From an uncultured virus (IMG/VR IMGVR_UViG_3300031857_000106) (taxonomy: Duplodnaviria > Heunggongvirae > Uroviricota > Caudoviricetes), in the IMG/VR virus record IMGVR_UViG_3300031857_000106, positions 1 through 64,000 of that record: a stretch of 64,000 nt of DNA; one strand, 5' to 3'. Below the pieces are notes generated by a model, which ran no database searches, was not told where the DNA came from, and saw nothing but the letters and a program-made list of their open reading frames with translations. Both the position numbers and the translations under genes were made by a program. Below, one piece after another: positions 8,954-18,394 of this stretch; the stretch's first letter is position 1; every line of letters begins with the position of its first letter.

Positions 8954-9894
8954 AGTGCATCTATGTAAACTGGAGCCAGCCTTTTCTAAGAAAAGAAAAG
9001 CTCAGAGGCCACGGTTTCAAGATCTTCAAAGACCTCGACAAATCAGAATACTTCAAACCAGTCTACGAGATCCTATTCACGATACTCTCTGTCGCTTATT
9101 GGAAGAAATACAACGGTACCGCAAAGCTCTACACTGACAAAGTCGGAGAAGAGTATTACAGAAAGATCGGAATCTTAGATCTCTGGGACGAAGTCGACAC
9201 TCAAAAGCTTGAAGAATTTAATCAGCTAGGAATAGAAGGCGGTGTCTTCTGGACTTCAGCAAAATCATACTGCATCGCCAAGGAAGAAGGACCTTTCGTC
9301 TTTTCAGACTTGGACTTCATCGTGAGGCAAAAGGTTCCTGATTATTTTTATTCAACTCAAGTCTCAATACCGCATTGGGAGATCCCACGAGGATACTATT
9401 ACCCCAGCGAAAAAGATCTCGAGTCTCTCACTCACTGGAAACCCTTCGAAGGATTTTCACAGAGGATGTTAGTCCCTAACACATCTTTCCTCTACTTGGA
9501 TTCAAAAGAGCTCCAAGATCTCTATTGGCAGAGACACTATGAAATAGTGAACACCGAGAACGAAGTTCCTGAATGGGTCTGGCTTCTTTCTGATCAGGGA
9601 GTCTTCGGACAATCTATCAGGTCTTTAGATCTAAAAACGACTTCTCTCACTGACAAGATATTTTTATCAGAGAATGAAGGTTGGGGTAGAGGCGGAGAAG
9701 GTTGGGCCGATATGTGGCTCTTTCCACCCGGTGCAGACATGGAGAAAGAAAAAGTCGAGTGGGAACACGTCTGGCTGGCCAAGGTGGCTTATACATTCAA
9801 CGAAGAGTTCAAGCAGAACGAGATCAAGCGCTACATTGCTGAGATCGATGGAGTCTTTCCAGAGCTCTCACATAAAATAGAATCCATCAGATGA
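8950..9894 (+). CDS. Putative GT-A-like glycosyltransferase (paralogue family member)
   Basis: SVAYWKKYNG..LYTD, LWDEVDT, FWTSAK, PFVFSDLDF, PNTSFLY shared with the genes at 5898, 17098 and 19835. Confidence 0.6.
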   Translation: MKCIYVNWSQPFLRKEKLRGHGFKIFKDLDKSEYFKPVYEILFTILSVAYWKKYNGTAKLYTDKVGEEYYRKIGILDLWDEVDTQKLEEFNQLGIEGGVFWTSAKSYCIAKEEGPFVFSDLDFIVRQKVPDYFYSTQVSIPHWEIPRGYYYPSEKDLESLTHWKPFEGFSQRMLVPNTSFLYLDSKELQDLYWQRHYEIVNTENEVPEWVWLLSDQGVFGQSIRSLDLKTTSLTDKIFLSENEGWGRGGEGWADMWLFPPGADMEKEKVEWEHVWLAKVAYTFNEEFKQNEIKRYIAEIDGVFPELSHKIESIR

Positions 9895-10544
9895 CGGAAG
9901 AGCAAAAGACTGCAGCTTTAGAACACTATAAAGAGAAAGGTTGGGCTCGGATAGAGCAGTGCATTCCTTCTGATTGGGTCTCGTGGCTTAGAGAACTATT
10001 CGTTAGAACGAGAGAAGAGCAGAAGCCTCTGCTGAGACAAGAGAAGCCTTACGGTTCTGGAACTTATTGGGAAGGCGTAGATTCTCTCTCAATGGTGAAC
10101 GAAGATCTCTTTAAAATTTACACTAGCGATCTCACCAAAGAAATCTTGAACATCTTCTGTAAAGAAGCATATTGTTTCATCGAAGAAGCAATCATCAAGA
10201 TGCCAGGTGAAGATTTTAGATACACTGAACATATTGATAGAGTAGGCGGGACTGATCCTAGGCTCTTCAACGATCCTCTTTACGATCAAATCACTCTCGC
10301 TTGGATCCTCACAGATCTCACAACTGAGAACGGGACTTTAGAAATAAAGGAGGGAGAAGAGTATCTGCCAGTCTACCCTAAAGCGGGAGACATCATGGTC
10401 TGGAATGATACTCTGTGGCACCGATCAGGGCCTAACCACAGCGAAGAGCCCAGAATTATTTGGATCAATTTCTTCACAATGCATCCTATCGGAAGAACCG
10501 AGGAGATTAACAAAGACTATTACGACTTAAAAATCATTCCATGA
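9891..10544 (+). CDS. PhyH-like 2OG-Fe(II) dioxygenase
   Basis: HYKEKGW, HID (HxD), LTDLTTENGTL, AGDIMVW...WHRSGPN...PR. Confidence 0.8.
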   Translation: MTEEQKTAALEHYKEKGWARIEQCIPSDWVSWLRELFVRTREEQKPLLRQEKPYGSGTYWEGVDSLSMVNEDLFKIYTSDLTKEILNIFCKEAYCFIEEAIIKMPGEDFRYTEHIDRVGGTDPRLFNDPLYDQITLAWILTDLTTENGTLEIKEGEEYLPVYPKAGDIMVWNDTLWHRSGPNHSEEPRIIWINFFTMHPIGRTEEINKDYYDLKIIP

Positions 10545-11143
10545 CAGGAAGAGAAAAGCTGCCATACTTATTGAATAGAGAAGATCTAATCGGAGCCGAG
10601 ATCGGCGTCGAAGAAGGATTCTTTAGTGAATACTTGCTTAAGACAGGTCTCTTCAGGACTCTGTACTCAATTGATCCCTGGCCTAATCGGTTTCCCGGAG
10701 TCTTTATCAATGGAGAAGATCTCGTTACGAGCAATAATGAAGAGACTTACACAACAGCTCGAGAAAAACTTGAAAAATACGAGGCCTCTGAAATCATCCG
10801 AAAGAGTTCAGAAGAAGCTTCAAAGGCTTTTGAGGACGAGAGCCTCGACTTTGTCTTTTTAGACGGAGACCACACCTACGAAGGCGTAAAGCTCGATCTC
10901 CAATGTTGGTATGACAAAGTAAAGAAAGGCGGAATTTTTTCAGGCCACGATTACATGGATTATGTGATGAATTGTGGAGGCGGCATCACCTCACATTTCG
11001 GAGTAAGGAGAGCCGTAGACGAGTTCTTCTCAGAAAAAGGCATACAAGTCTTTACTGTCGAGGAAATGGAAAGAGAGAGGCTGCAGTGGATTGAGAACTA
11101 CGAGAGCTTCCCAACTTGGTACAGCTGGTACATAATAAAATAA
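10541..11143 (+). CDS. Class I SAM-dependent methyltransferase (Methyltransf_24-like)
   Basis: GAEIGVEEG, SIDPW, LDFVFLDGDHTYE, KKGGIFSGHDY. Confidence 0.85.
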   Translation: MTGREKLPYLLNREDLIGAEIGVEEGFFSEYLLKTGLFRTLYSIDPWPNRFPGVFINGEDLVTSNNEETYTTAREKLEKYEASEIIRKSSEEASKAFEDESLDFVFLDGDHTYEGVKLDLQCWYDKVKKGGIFSGHDYMDYVMNCGGGITSHFGVRRAVDEFFSEKGIQVFTVEEMERERLQWIENYESFPTWYSWYIIK

Positions 11144-11147
11144 AGAT

Positions 11148-11870
11148 ATGAATTTCAAAGACCCACTGCTGAAATCAGATAAAGACGACGTCTATTACTT
11201 AGCACCGATTCCTGTCTACATGAAGCAGTTCGATGATCACGACTTTCACGACAGAGTCTATAATTTCGGCTTTGAGACCCTCAATCCAGCTCAGAAGCTG
11301 ATGGGACAGGAACTACCTGAACGCTACGACGAAGAGAGGCAGAGCACTTATCAACCTTGGAGCGATTCTGAGGTGGCAGAAAGATGGGTCGAGAACACCG
11401 AGTACAATCCAATCGGAAGCCGATACTCAGTTCCGCCCAACGATTTTTTAAAGACTAATAATCCAGACGTAGCAGTGATTAGACAGAGAATTTTTGATGG
11501 ATTCAGCCATCTGTTGAATTCTATCGAAGTTCCTCACGACATTACTCAAGCAAAGATCACTGAGAGCTGGATGCAATACTATGACCCTTATGCCGGTCGC
11601 GGCCATCAGGCTCACAATCACTGCAGGTGGCATCCTTCAGAAGAACCCATGGTCGGATTTTCTGGCGGTTACTACCTCTCTGACGGCGATCCGATCAAAG
11701 ACCATCCTTACAGTGGAGTCTTTTGTTTTCACATTAGAGGAATGTCTCATTTCATCAGACCAAAGAAAGGGCTCTTGGTGATTTGGCCTTATGACATCGT
11801 CCACTCAGTCAAACCATTTTACGGAAAAACACACAGATGCGTGATCAATTTCAACATACAACTCCCATAA
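11148..11870 (+). CDS. Putative 2OG-Fe(II) oxygenase
   Basis: ESW...HQAHNH, SGGYY, P.KGLLVIWP..IVHSVKPF...RCVINFNI. Confidence 0.75.
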   Translation: MNFKDPLLKSDKDDVYYLAPIPVYMKQFDDHDFHDRVYNFGFETLNPAQKLMGQELPERYDEERQSTYQPWSDSEVAERWVENTEYNPIGSRYSVPPNDFLKTNNPDVAVIRQRIFDGFSHLLNSIEVPHDITQAKITESWMQYYDPYAGRGHQAHNHCRWHPSEEPMVGFSGGYYLSDGDPIKDHPYSGVFCFHIRGMSHFIRPKKGLLVIWPYDIVHSVKPFYGKTHRCVINFNIQLP

Positions 11871-12649
11871 AAGTAGTCCGAGCTTTTTGGGGAGAGAACA
11901 AAGACATCTGGGCAGAGATACCGAGCTCGCCTGAATGGGACGAGATCGTCTATGTCTGGGGAGAAGAGAACGAGAAGAGGTTGAAATCGATGGGATATGA
12001 GACAAAGCTCATGTGCACCACGATGACTGAACCGAAGTACAGCACGATCTATGATCACTTTGCTCATAAATTAGATACTTACGTCGCGGCTGAGGAAGAT
12101 TGGGGAGAATTTCTCTTTCTCGATTGGGACGTAAAGATCATCAAAGAGATAGATGAGCGGTTCTGGGATCTCGTGAGGACCAAACCTCTTCAGTGTCCGG
12201 TTTACGGTTATCCGAAAGAATATGAGAGAAAGATATGGGAGCACATAGAAGCAAACCCTCAGAAAAAATGGGTACAAGAGCTCGATCCGAACACAGGTGA
12301 CTGGGTTAAAGTCCAAAATGAGCAGCTCGAAAAATACAATTGGAATTGGGAAGACCTCCAGCTCGTTCCTAATGTCTGCTTCTTCTACTCTTCTTACACA
12401 GGAGTTCCGAAAAAGCTGAGAAAGATCTACGAAAATCAAGGTGTAAAAACGTGCATTGAAGAGTTTGCAGTGTGGATCTGGGCTGATTGTTCTCTCGATG
12501 AATTCATCGAAGAACACGAACCTTTTGTGATCAGAGGGAGAGAAGATGATCTCTGCCACTTTGACCTCGCAGAGGAAGAGACTATGAAGAGGATTAACGC
12601 TTACGTGAATACAAAAATCAAAAAAGAAATTTATCTGAAGCATCTATGA
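11837..12649 (+). CDS. Putative GT-A-like protein (start uncertain)
   Basis: EFLFLDWDV DxD motif, VPNVCFFY, IEEFA. Confidence 0.5.
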   Translation: MRDQFQHTTPIKVVRAFWGENKDIWAEIPSSPEWDEIVYVWGEENEKRLKSMGYETKLMCTTMTEPKYSTIYDHFAHKLDTYVAAEEDWGEFLFLDWDVKIIKEIDERFWDLVRTKPLQCPVYGYPKEYERKIWEHIEANPQKKWVQELDPNTGDWVKVQNEQLEKYNWNWEDLQLVPNVCFFYSSYTGVPKKLRKIYENQGVKTCIEEFAVWIWADCSLDEFIEEHEPFVIRGREDDLCHFDLAEEETMKRINAYVNTKIKKEIYLKHL

Positions 12650-13236
12650 TCACTCGAGTAATTACGCTGGGCGGAGAAAGGATGAAATCTTTTCAAGAAA
12701 GAATGGGACCTAAAATCCCTTTTGAATTTTTCAAAGGCTTTACGCCGGACTACATTTCCGACATTGAACCCATGTTTGAAAAGAGCAACATATATGAATA
12801 TGCTCACGAAAGGAATCCAAGAGCAGTTATCGCCTGTGCTAAGAGCCACCTTTGGCTCTGGGAAATGTGTATCCGCTTAGATGAGGAAATTTTGATACTC
12901 GAAGATGATGTGACTTTTAGCGATGATTTTGCAGAAGAAGCGTTTAACGTTTTCATCTATAACTTAAACGATTATGAGTACGATGTCTTCTTTTTTGACG
13001 GAGATTGGGGAGAGAAGTACATAGTATCTCAGCCTCATCGCTTTCATTCAGGCTGTGCCTACGTAATGACTCCTAAGGGAGCTCAAAAGATTTTGGACAA
13101 GCTTGAAGCTGAGGGCTTCGATGAAGCGATCGATTGGGAGATCTTAAATTCACAAAACTACGGAGTGAGAGCTCTCGCTTTTGAAAGAGCGATCCTCGTT
13201 CCATCAGCTGACGAAAAATCGACTTTGAAGATATGA
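12646..13236 (+). CDS. Glycosyltransferase family 25
   Basis: VITL..ER, ACAKSHLWLW, LILEDDV, AYVMTPKGAQK, AIDW. Confidence 0.85.
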   Translation: MITRVITLGGERMKSFQERMGPKIPFEFFKGFTPDYISDIEPMFEKSNIYEYAHERNPRAVIACAKSHLWLWEMCIRLDEEILILEDDVTFSDDFAEEAFNVFIYNLNDYEYDVFFFDGDWGEKYIVSQPHRFHSGCAYVMTPKGAQKILDKLEAEGFDEAIDWEILNSQNYGVRALAFERAILVPSADEKSTLKI

Positions 13237-13793
13237 TAAAATTGCACGACGACATTTTCCTTTTTGAAAAGATCTTGACCGAAGAAATAATTGAAGAGGG
13301 CCTGAAGATCGTATCAGGAGAATCTAAACAGAGCTACGGGATAGAAGAGGGTTCTCATTTCTTCAATCTGATAAATGATCTCTGGTTCAAAAAGATCGAA
13401 GATCCTCTGCACGAAGAATACTTTCGTCTCGTTCCTCTGCCTGCTGAGACTATCAAAGCTTTGAGAGAATTCACGAAGACTGATTGGAGAGATCTCTTCT
13501 TTCTCAGATACTATCCCGAAAACACTCAAGAGCTGAGCACCTACGTCCACGCTGATTTTTCGACTTGGACTTTCAGCGCCTGCTTCGTCAATTCTGAAGA
13601 GTATGAGGGAGGCTCGCTCTGTTTTCCTAGACAAGGAGTAAAGAAGAAATTAGACAGAGGAGATGTAGTAGTCTTTCCAGGTGGTCTGACTCACCTCCAC
13701 TACACTGAGAACATTCAAGAGGGAGAGAGAATAGTCTTAGTCGGACAATCAATGCCTTATAAACAAGACCACAGATTGGGAAAACCTCTCTGA
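13233..13793 (+). CDS. Prolyl/lysyl-hydroxylase-like 2OG-Fe(II) oxygenase
   Basis: RYYPE...HADFSTWT...YEGGSLCF...FPGGLTHLH...GER. Confidence 0.8.
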   Translation: MIKLHDDIFLFEKILTEEIIEEGLKIVSGESKQSYGIEEGSHFFNLINDLWFKKIEDPLHEEYFRLVPLPAETIKALREFTKTDWRDLFFLRYYPENTQELSTYVHADFSTWTFSACFVNSEEYEGGSLCFPRQGVKKKLDRGDVVVFPGGLTHLHYTENIQEGERIVLVGQSMPYKQDHRLGKPL

Positions 13794-13823
13794 AACATTT
13801 GATCTTTTCACGATAAGAGAAAT

Positions 13824-14696
13824 ATGAAAAAATTAGTAGTAGCTCGAAGCTGGAGAGAATTTAAGACTCAACAGGCTGCAGCAGTATATAGCCTCTATGA
13901 GGTCTTTAAAGATTATGACGTGCACCTCCACTTGGTCATCAACGATCACAAGAACGAGGCTCTCATAGAAGCATTACGCAAGAAAATGCCGAACTGGAAG
14001 ATCAACATTTACGATAACCTCTTCTTCGACGAATATGCACTTCTTCGAGGAGCAACTCCTGACCAAATAGCAGAATTTCCGAAATGGATGTGGATCTACC
14101 ATCTGCTCCTCTATCATTTTCTGTGGCATTCTCATCGGGAAGACTATGTGCTCACCTACGATGACGACATCTTCTTCAGAGAAAGGCCGGAAGAAGTCTG
14201 TCACAAAGTGAATAATAAGATACCTTTTTGCATGGCAGATCAACATTCTGATTCTGACAAGCCGCTGATGGGAAAACTCGTACTACACTTCGGTAACTGG
14301 ATCCACGATGAGTATTATGCCTGCTGGGGATCAACTTGGTCATCTAACAGCGGTTTCATGGGATTGGCCAACAGGGCCATCTTTGAAAATTTCAGCTCAC
14401 CTGAAGATTTCAGAAAAATGTTGGACATGTTTGAGTACCGGGTTTACCGCCACGAAGACGACAACACTGATTGGAAAGACTACCGAATTCTCCTCCAAGA
14501 GCAGTCTTTTCTGGGGATTTTAAACAGAGCTTTCAGCAATAGAAAACACGCGGTTCTCATTCCAGAATACGGTTACTCGATCAATGATCACAGCATTTCT
14601 AAAGTCCACCACTATGTGGCGAAAGCAAAGCTCGCTCCTGAATTTCAACAAAGGATCAAATCTAAATACGAAGAACTCTTAAAATTTTTACAATGA
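13824..14696 (+). CDS. Putative GT-A glycosyltransferase
   Basis: YVLTYDDDIFF, NSGFMG, EQSFL. Confidence 0.55.
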   Translation: MKKLVVARSWREFKTQQAAAVYSLYEVFKDYDVHLHLVINDHKNEALIEALRKKMPNWKINIYDNLFFDEYALLRGATPDQIAEFPKWMWIYHLLLYHFLWHSHREDYVLTYDDDIFFRERPEEVCHKVNNKIPFCMADQHSDSDKPLMGKLVLHFGNWIHDEYYACWGSTWSSNSGFMGLANRAIFENFSSPEDFRKMLDMFEYRVYRHEDDNTDWKDYRILLQEQSFLGILNRAFSNRKHAVLIPEYGYSINDHSISKVHHYVAKAKLAPEFQQRIKSKYEELLKFLQ

Positions 14697-15130
14697 AAAT
14701 AGGAATCACATGCAGCACTTTTGATCTGCTCCACGCCGGGCACGTCATCATGTTAGAAGAATCTAAGAAACACTGTGACTATCTGATCTGCGCTCTCCAA
14801 GTCGACCCCTCGATGGCCAAGCGGACAGATGGCGTAAAGAAGAACCCACCCGTCCAATCTCTAGTCGAACGGTATCTGCAATTGGACGCAGTGAAATGGG
14901 TCGACAAGATCATTCCCTACACTACTGAACAGGAGCTCGAGGAGATTTTCATGTCTCTACCAATCAATGTGAGGATCATCGGAGAAGAGTACAGAGAAAA
15001 GAACTACACTGCTCGTGAGATCTGTGAGAGAAGAGGGATAGAGATCATCTATAATAAGAGAGAGCACAACTACTCTTCTTCAGACCTCCGCAGAAGAACG
15101 GCCGCAGCTGAACAGAGTAAAAATATATAG
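14693..15130 (+). CDS. Glycerol-3-phosphate cytidylyltransferase (TagD)-like
   Basis: CSTFDLLHAGH, P.QS..ER, R.HNYSSS.LR. Confidence 0.85.
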   Translation: MKIGITCSTFDLLHAGHVIMLEESKKHCDYLICALQVDPSMAKRTDGVKKNPPVQSLVERYLQLDAVKWVDKIIPYTTEQELEEIFMSLPINVRIIGEEYREKNYTAREICERRGIEIIYNKREHNYSSSDLRRRTAAAEQSKNI

Positions 15131-15149
15131 ACTAGAAAATCAAGAATCT

Positions 15150-15689
15150 ATGGCAATTCAAATAAATGCAAGTCTAACCTCTAGAAATAAAGGAGAGCTC
15201 ACTGCAGCAGTAGTGAAGATTGAGAGCTATCGAATCAACAAGTTTGCCGGTTTGTACGAGTGTACAATAGCAATGTTTAAGGACCTTGAAGACGCAGCTA
15301 ATTCCAAGCCTCTTTACAAAGAGGACATTTTCTGCGATATGTCGCAGAGAAGAGTCATGCCGAATCCAGTATCTCCACAACTGATCTACAACGGAGAAGA
15401 AGTCGAGTACCCGACTTACATCACTTTTGAGATGTATACTCCTGTCGAAATAGTGGAAGAATATGTAGAAGACGAGGTCCAGACAGAAACTTACAATACT
15501 TTCGATGAAGAGGGTAATGTAGTCCAATCTACGAGAGAAATCACAGTACCTGTGACAAAGACTCGAACAGTGACTAAGAACAAGATTGATATCGAGCTCA
15601 TTGATGGCGATCCTTACGGCTGGGCATACAATAAATTAAAAGAGGCTCTAGGAGAAATCTTCGGAGCAGAAAATCTAACAGACTGCTAA
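15150..15689 (+). CDS. Hypothetical phage protein (possible structural or fibre-associated)
   Basis: AATATATA box upstream at 15122; ORF track. Confidence 0.6.
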   Translation: MAIQINASLTSRNKGELTAAVVKIESYRINKFAGLYECTIAMFKDLEDAANSKPLYKEDIFCDMSQRRVMPNPVSPQLIYNGEEVEYPTYITFEMYTPVEIVEEYVEDEVQTETYNTFDEEGNVVQSTREITVPVTKTRTVTKNKIDIELIDGDPYGWAYNKLKEALGEIFGAENLTDC

Positions 15690-16180
15690 TGACTGTAGTA
15701 TCACCTCCTTCTAGTAACACTAACGTCGGAAACGCCGGAGCTGGTGGTAGCACCACGGAGATCTCAGCGATCGCCTGGGCCACCTCGAGCATCAGCATCA
15801 ACAACACTCAAGTGAACAGGCTCTACCCAGCGATCTCGTCTGGGACTCAGAGACCTTTTAGCTGGTTCCACGGCAAGAGCTTCAGGGTGATCAGGCTCGT
15901 CTATAATGGCTATCCTTCTGGATACGGTTATACTAACATGACATATCCTTTCAGCTCCTCAGCTACGCCCTATCCTACTCTAGATTACTCTTACCGATAT
16001 GATACTTACAGCTACATCACCTTCCAAGCATTCGCTACATATCCGTACACTTTCAGTGCTTGGGCTCTAGGGTCTTCATCAGCTCCTACTTCAGAGATAA
16101 CTTCTGCGAATCCGGTGAGCATTTACGTGGCTGATTGGCCTTCGACGGGATATTTTTACATCTGGGCTAAATTCGTCTAA
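15689..16180 (+). CDS. Hypothetical Ser/Thr/Tyr-rich protein (possible virion component)
   Basis: Composition resembles fibre domains; TAATG coupling at both ends. Confidence 0.55.
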   Translation: MTVVSPPSSNTNVGNAGAGGSTTEISAIAWATSSISINNTQVNRLYPAISSGTQRPFSWFHGKSFRVIRLVYNGYPSGYGYTNMTYPFSSSATPYPTLDYSYRYDTYSYITFQAFATYPYTFSAWALGSSSAPTSEITSANPVSIYVADWPSTGYFYIWAKFV

Positions 16181-17094
16181 TGAAATTTCATCTAAGTTCG
16201 AATTTAGATCCTTGGATAGGATATTCTCTTCTCAAACACTACAACTGCTCAGACCACCGCTCTTGCGTCGTCTATTCTCTCTGGGGAGATCGTGGGTACA
16301 TAACTTACCTCAAGTACTCTCTCATGTCTTTGATCTCATCTACTGACGTCAGCGACAGAGCAGATATTTTAATTTTCGTGAGCAGCGATCTCTACGAAGA
16401 AACGGTAGATTGTCTAAACGGAATAATCGGCAAAGACTGTTTTGTGAGAGTAGAGAGCTCTCAAAAATATCTCATTCATACTCATCCTTCCACTCAGAAG
16501 TACGATAATTTTCTCATGCTTGACACTGATTCTTTTTTCTTGGGACGAGACACGATATTCGAGAAGATGGAAAAGTTTTATGCAAACCCTGAGAACTCAA
16601 AGACGATGTTCATGGTCAAAGACTTTATCGATTCTAAGACTGCTTTCTGGACGAGAAAGTCGAGCCACTGTGAAGCACCTTCTCTAGAGAGATATGAATC
16701 TTTTTACAAAAAGTCAATCGGTGAAGAGGAGTTCGAGAAGATGATGAAAAAGAACTGGTGGGTTTCTTACGCAGTGGCCTACAGCAAAGAGCACTTCAAA
16801 GAAGAGGGTTACTCTTCGTACGCAGCCGAAAATTTTCAAATGGGCCAAGGATGTGATGAGACAGTCTTCCTGACTTGGGCTCACAAAAATTCATATGATC
16901 TGCGTGGCATTGAAAAGTTCTTTCCCTGCTACGATCAGTACATATCATCTGGAGAGTCAGTATCAGATTTTTTTACAGAGCAGAACATTGCGGCTCTCTA
17001 TCATCCACTAGTCGGAGAAAATGCTTTGAACATTTGTAACGTCTTTCTTTTAGCCGAGATAGAGAAGAAGCACGAAGCACTTTTAGAACATTAG
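16180..17094 (+). CDS. GT-A-like protein, paralogue of the C-half of 5898-7736
   Basis: CVVYSLWG...YLKYSLMSLISSTDVSDRADILI, MLDTDSFF, CDETVFL, LYHPLVG. Confidence 0.7.
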   Translation: MKFHLSSNLDPWIGYSLLKHYNCSDHRSCVVYSLWGDRGYITYLKYSLMSLISSTDVSDRADILIFVSSDLYEETVDCLNGIIGKDCFVRVESSQKYLIHTHPSTQKYDNFLMLDTDSFFLGRDTIFEKMEKFYANPENSKTMFMVKDFIDSKTAFWTRKSSHCEAPSLERYESFYKKSIGEEEFEKMMKKNWWVSYAVAYSKEHFKEEGYSSYAAENFQMGQGCDETVFLTWAHKNSYDLRGIEKFFPCYDQYISSGESVSDFFTEQNIAALYHPLVGENALNICNVFLLAEIEKKHEALLEH

Positions 17095-17097
17095 AAC

Positions 17098-17910
17098 ATG
17101 AAAGCAGTATGGGTCCTAGAAAATTTCAAGGGCGAGTTCTCGATGCCATCGATAGAGCTCAGAGTCTTCATCACCTCGGTGGTCCAGTGGAAGAGGTTCT
17201 ATCCTAATTTTGAGACTGTTCTTTTTTGTACTCAAGACGTCTACCAATACCTCAAATCTTTAGACGCGGATTCCCTTTGGGATCAAATAGACACTGACAT
17301 TCTAGAAACTGAAGATTCAGTCGACAGAAAAAGGTTCTGGACCGCAGGAAAATACAAAGTCATGAGGGGCCTCGATGCTCCTTTCGTCCTCATGGACTGC
17401 GATCTCTTTCTCACTCAGAAGATAGATGAATCCACATTCGAGAACGATCTCGTGGTCTGCCATCCAGAGAATGCTGAATTCTACCACTACTTCTGGCAGA
17501 AAGAGCACGTCTTCGAAAGCGTAGGAATCGAGAGGCTCCCAGAAGATCCAGAAGGAAAAGCCTGGAACGTGAGCTTCTTCTATGTAAAAGATCAGAGCTT
17601 CAAGGATCTCTATTTAGAGACAGCTTGGGACTGGATGGAGAGGCTTTCAAAATACGAAGGAGATGAAGAGTGGCAGAACGGCTACATGCTCTACTGCGAA
17701 CAGAAGCTCCTCTACGATCTATCTCTGAGATCTGGGATCAAGACTCATTATCTGAAAAGCGGAATCTCTGATGAAAACCCGATTCACCTCGGAGAAGAAA
17801 AGAGGAGAGAAGACCTCAAAACGACTCACCTTCCCTTCCGAGAACACCAAGCTCGAGAGGCTGTGATCGGATCAGGATTCGAGGCGAAGATAAATGAAAT
17901 AGTAGGTTGA
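17098..17910 (+). CDS. GT-A-like protein, paralogue of the N-half of 5898-7736
   Basis: MKAVWVLEN, SVVQWK, FWTAGK, PFVLMDCDLF, NVSFFY, CEQKLLYD. Confidence 0.7.
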   Translation: MKAVWVLENFKGEFSMPSIELRVFITSVVQWKRFYPNFETVLFCTQDVYQYLKSLDADSLWDQIDTDILETEDSVDRKRFWTAGKYKVMRGLDAPFVLMDCDLFLTQKIDESTFENDLVVCHPENAEFYHYFWQKEHVFESVGIERLPEDPEGKAWNVSFFYVKDQSFKDLYLETAWDWMERLSKYEGDEEWQNGYMLYCEQKLLYDLSLRSGIKTHYLKSGISDENPIHLGEEKRREDLKTTHLPFREHQAREAVIGSGFEAKINEIVG

Positions 17911-17919
17911 TTGGAAAGC

Positions 17920-18037
17920 CTTACACCTTCATAAAAGGGGCACTTAAGTTGGAATGTAAGCGAGGAGACTGAATGAAGTCAAAGAAATGCCAATCGTAAA
18001 AGCAGATGTCCACGCACCCATCTTCTGCTTTCCTCCT
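17920..18037 (+). ncRNA. Candidate structured non-coding RNA
   Basis: Intergenic; stems CTTACA/TGTAAG, GACT/AGTC, AAAGCAGA/TCTGCTTT and GAGGAG/TTCCTC. Confidence 0.35.
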
Positions 18038-18048
18038 TTTGATAAATA

Positions 18049-18080
18049 ATGCCCGATTCACAGTCGGGCATCTATTTTTT
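18049..18080 (+). terminator. Hairpin / probable terminator
   Basis: ATGCCCGA-TTCACAG-TCGGGCAT followed by CTATTTTTT. Confidence 0.6.
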
Positions 18081-18305
18081 CCACTCAGTTTTCCGTTTCG
18101 AAAAAAATTACTAGATATGCATACAATAGCATTTATGAAAGCTCTGTTTGAGAAATGGAAAGCAAAAAAGAAGAATCGTCCGCTGAAAGTCGACGTCATG
18201 GATCCCGAGGAGTACTATCTCGGAGGAGAAGCCATGATCGGTCCCGAGATCCTCAAGGAAAGAAAATTGAAACAAAAAAGAAAAAAGCTATAAAAATAAG
18301 ACTTT

Positions 18306-18389
18306 GGCCTGGTGGAGAAATTGGTAGACTCGCCATCTTGAGGGGGTGGTTCCAGCAATGGAGTGAGGGTTCGAATCCCTCCCAGGTCA
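18306..18389 (+). tRNA. tRNA-Leu(GAG)
   Basis: GGCCTGG/CCAGGTC acceptor; CCATC-TT GAG GG-GGTGG anticodon arm; long variable arm; TTCGAAT. Confidence 0.9.
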
Positions 18390-18394
18390 CAGAT

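Noticed and set aside
17965..17990. CTGAATGA...GAAA as a hammerhead ribozyme core
   Set aside because: Does not match CUGANGA spacing, and the three required stems could not be built
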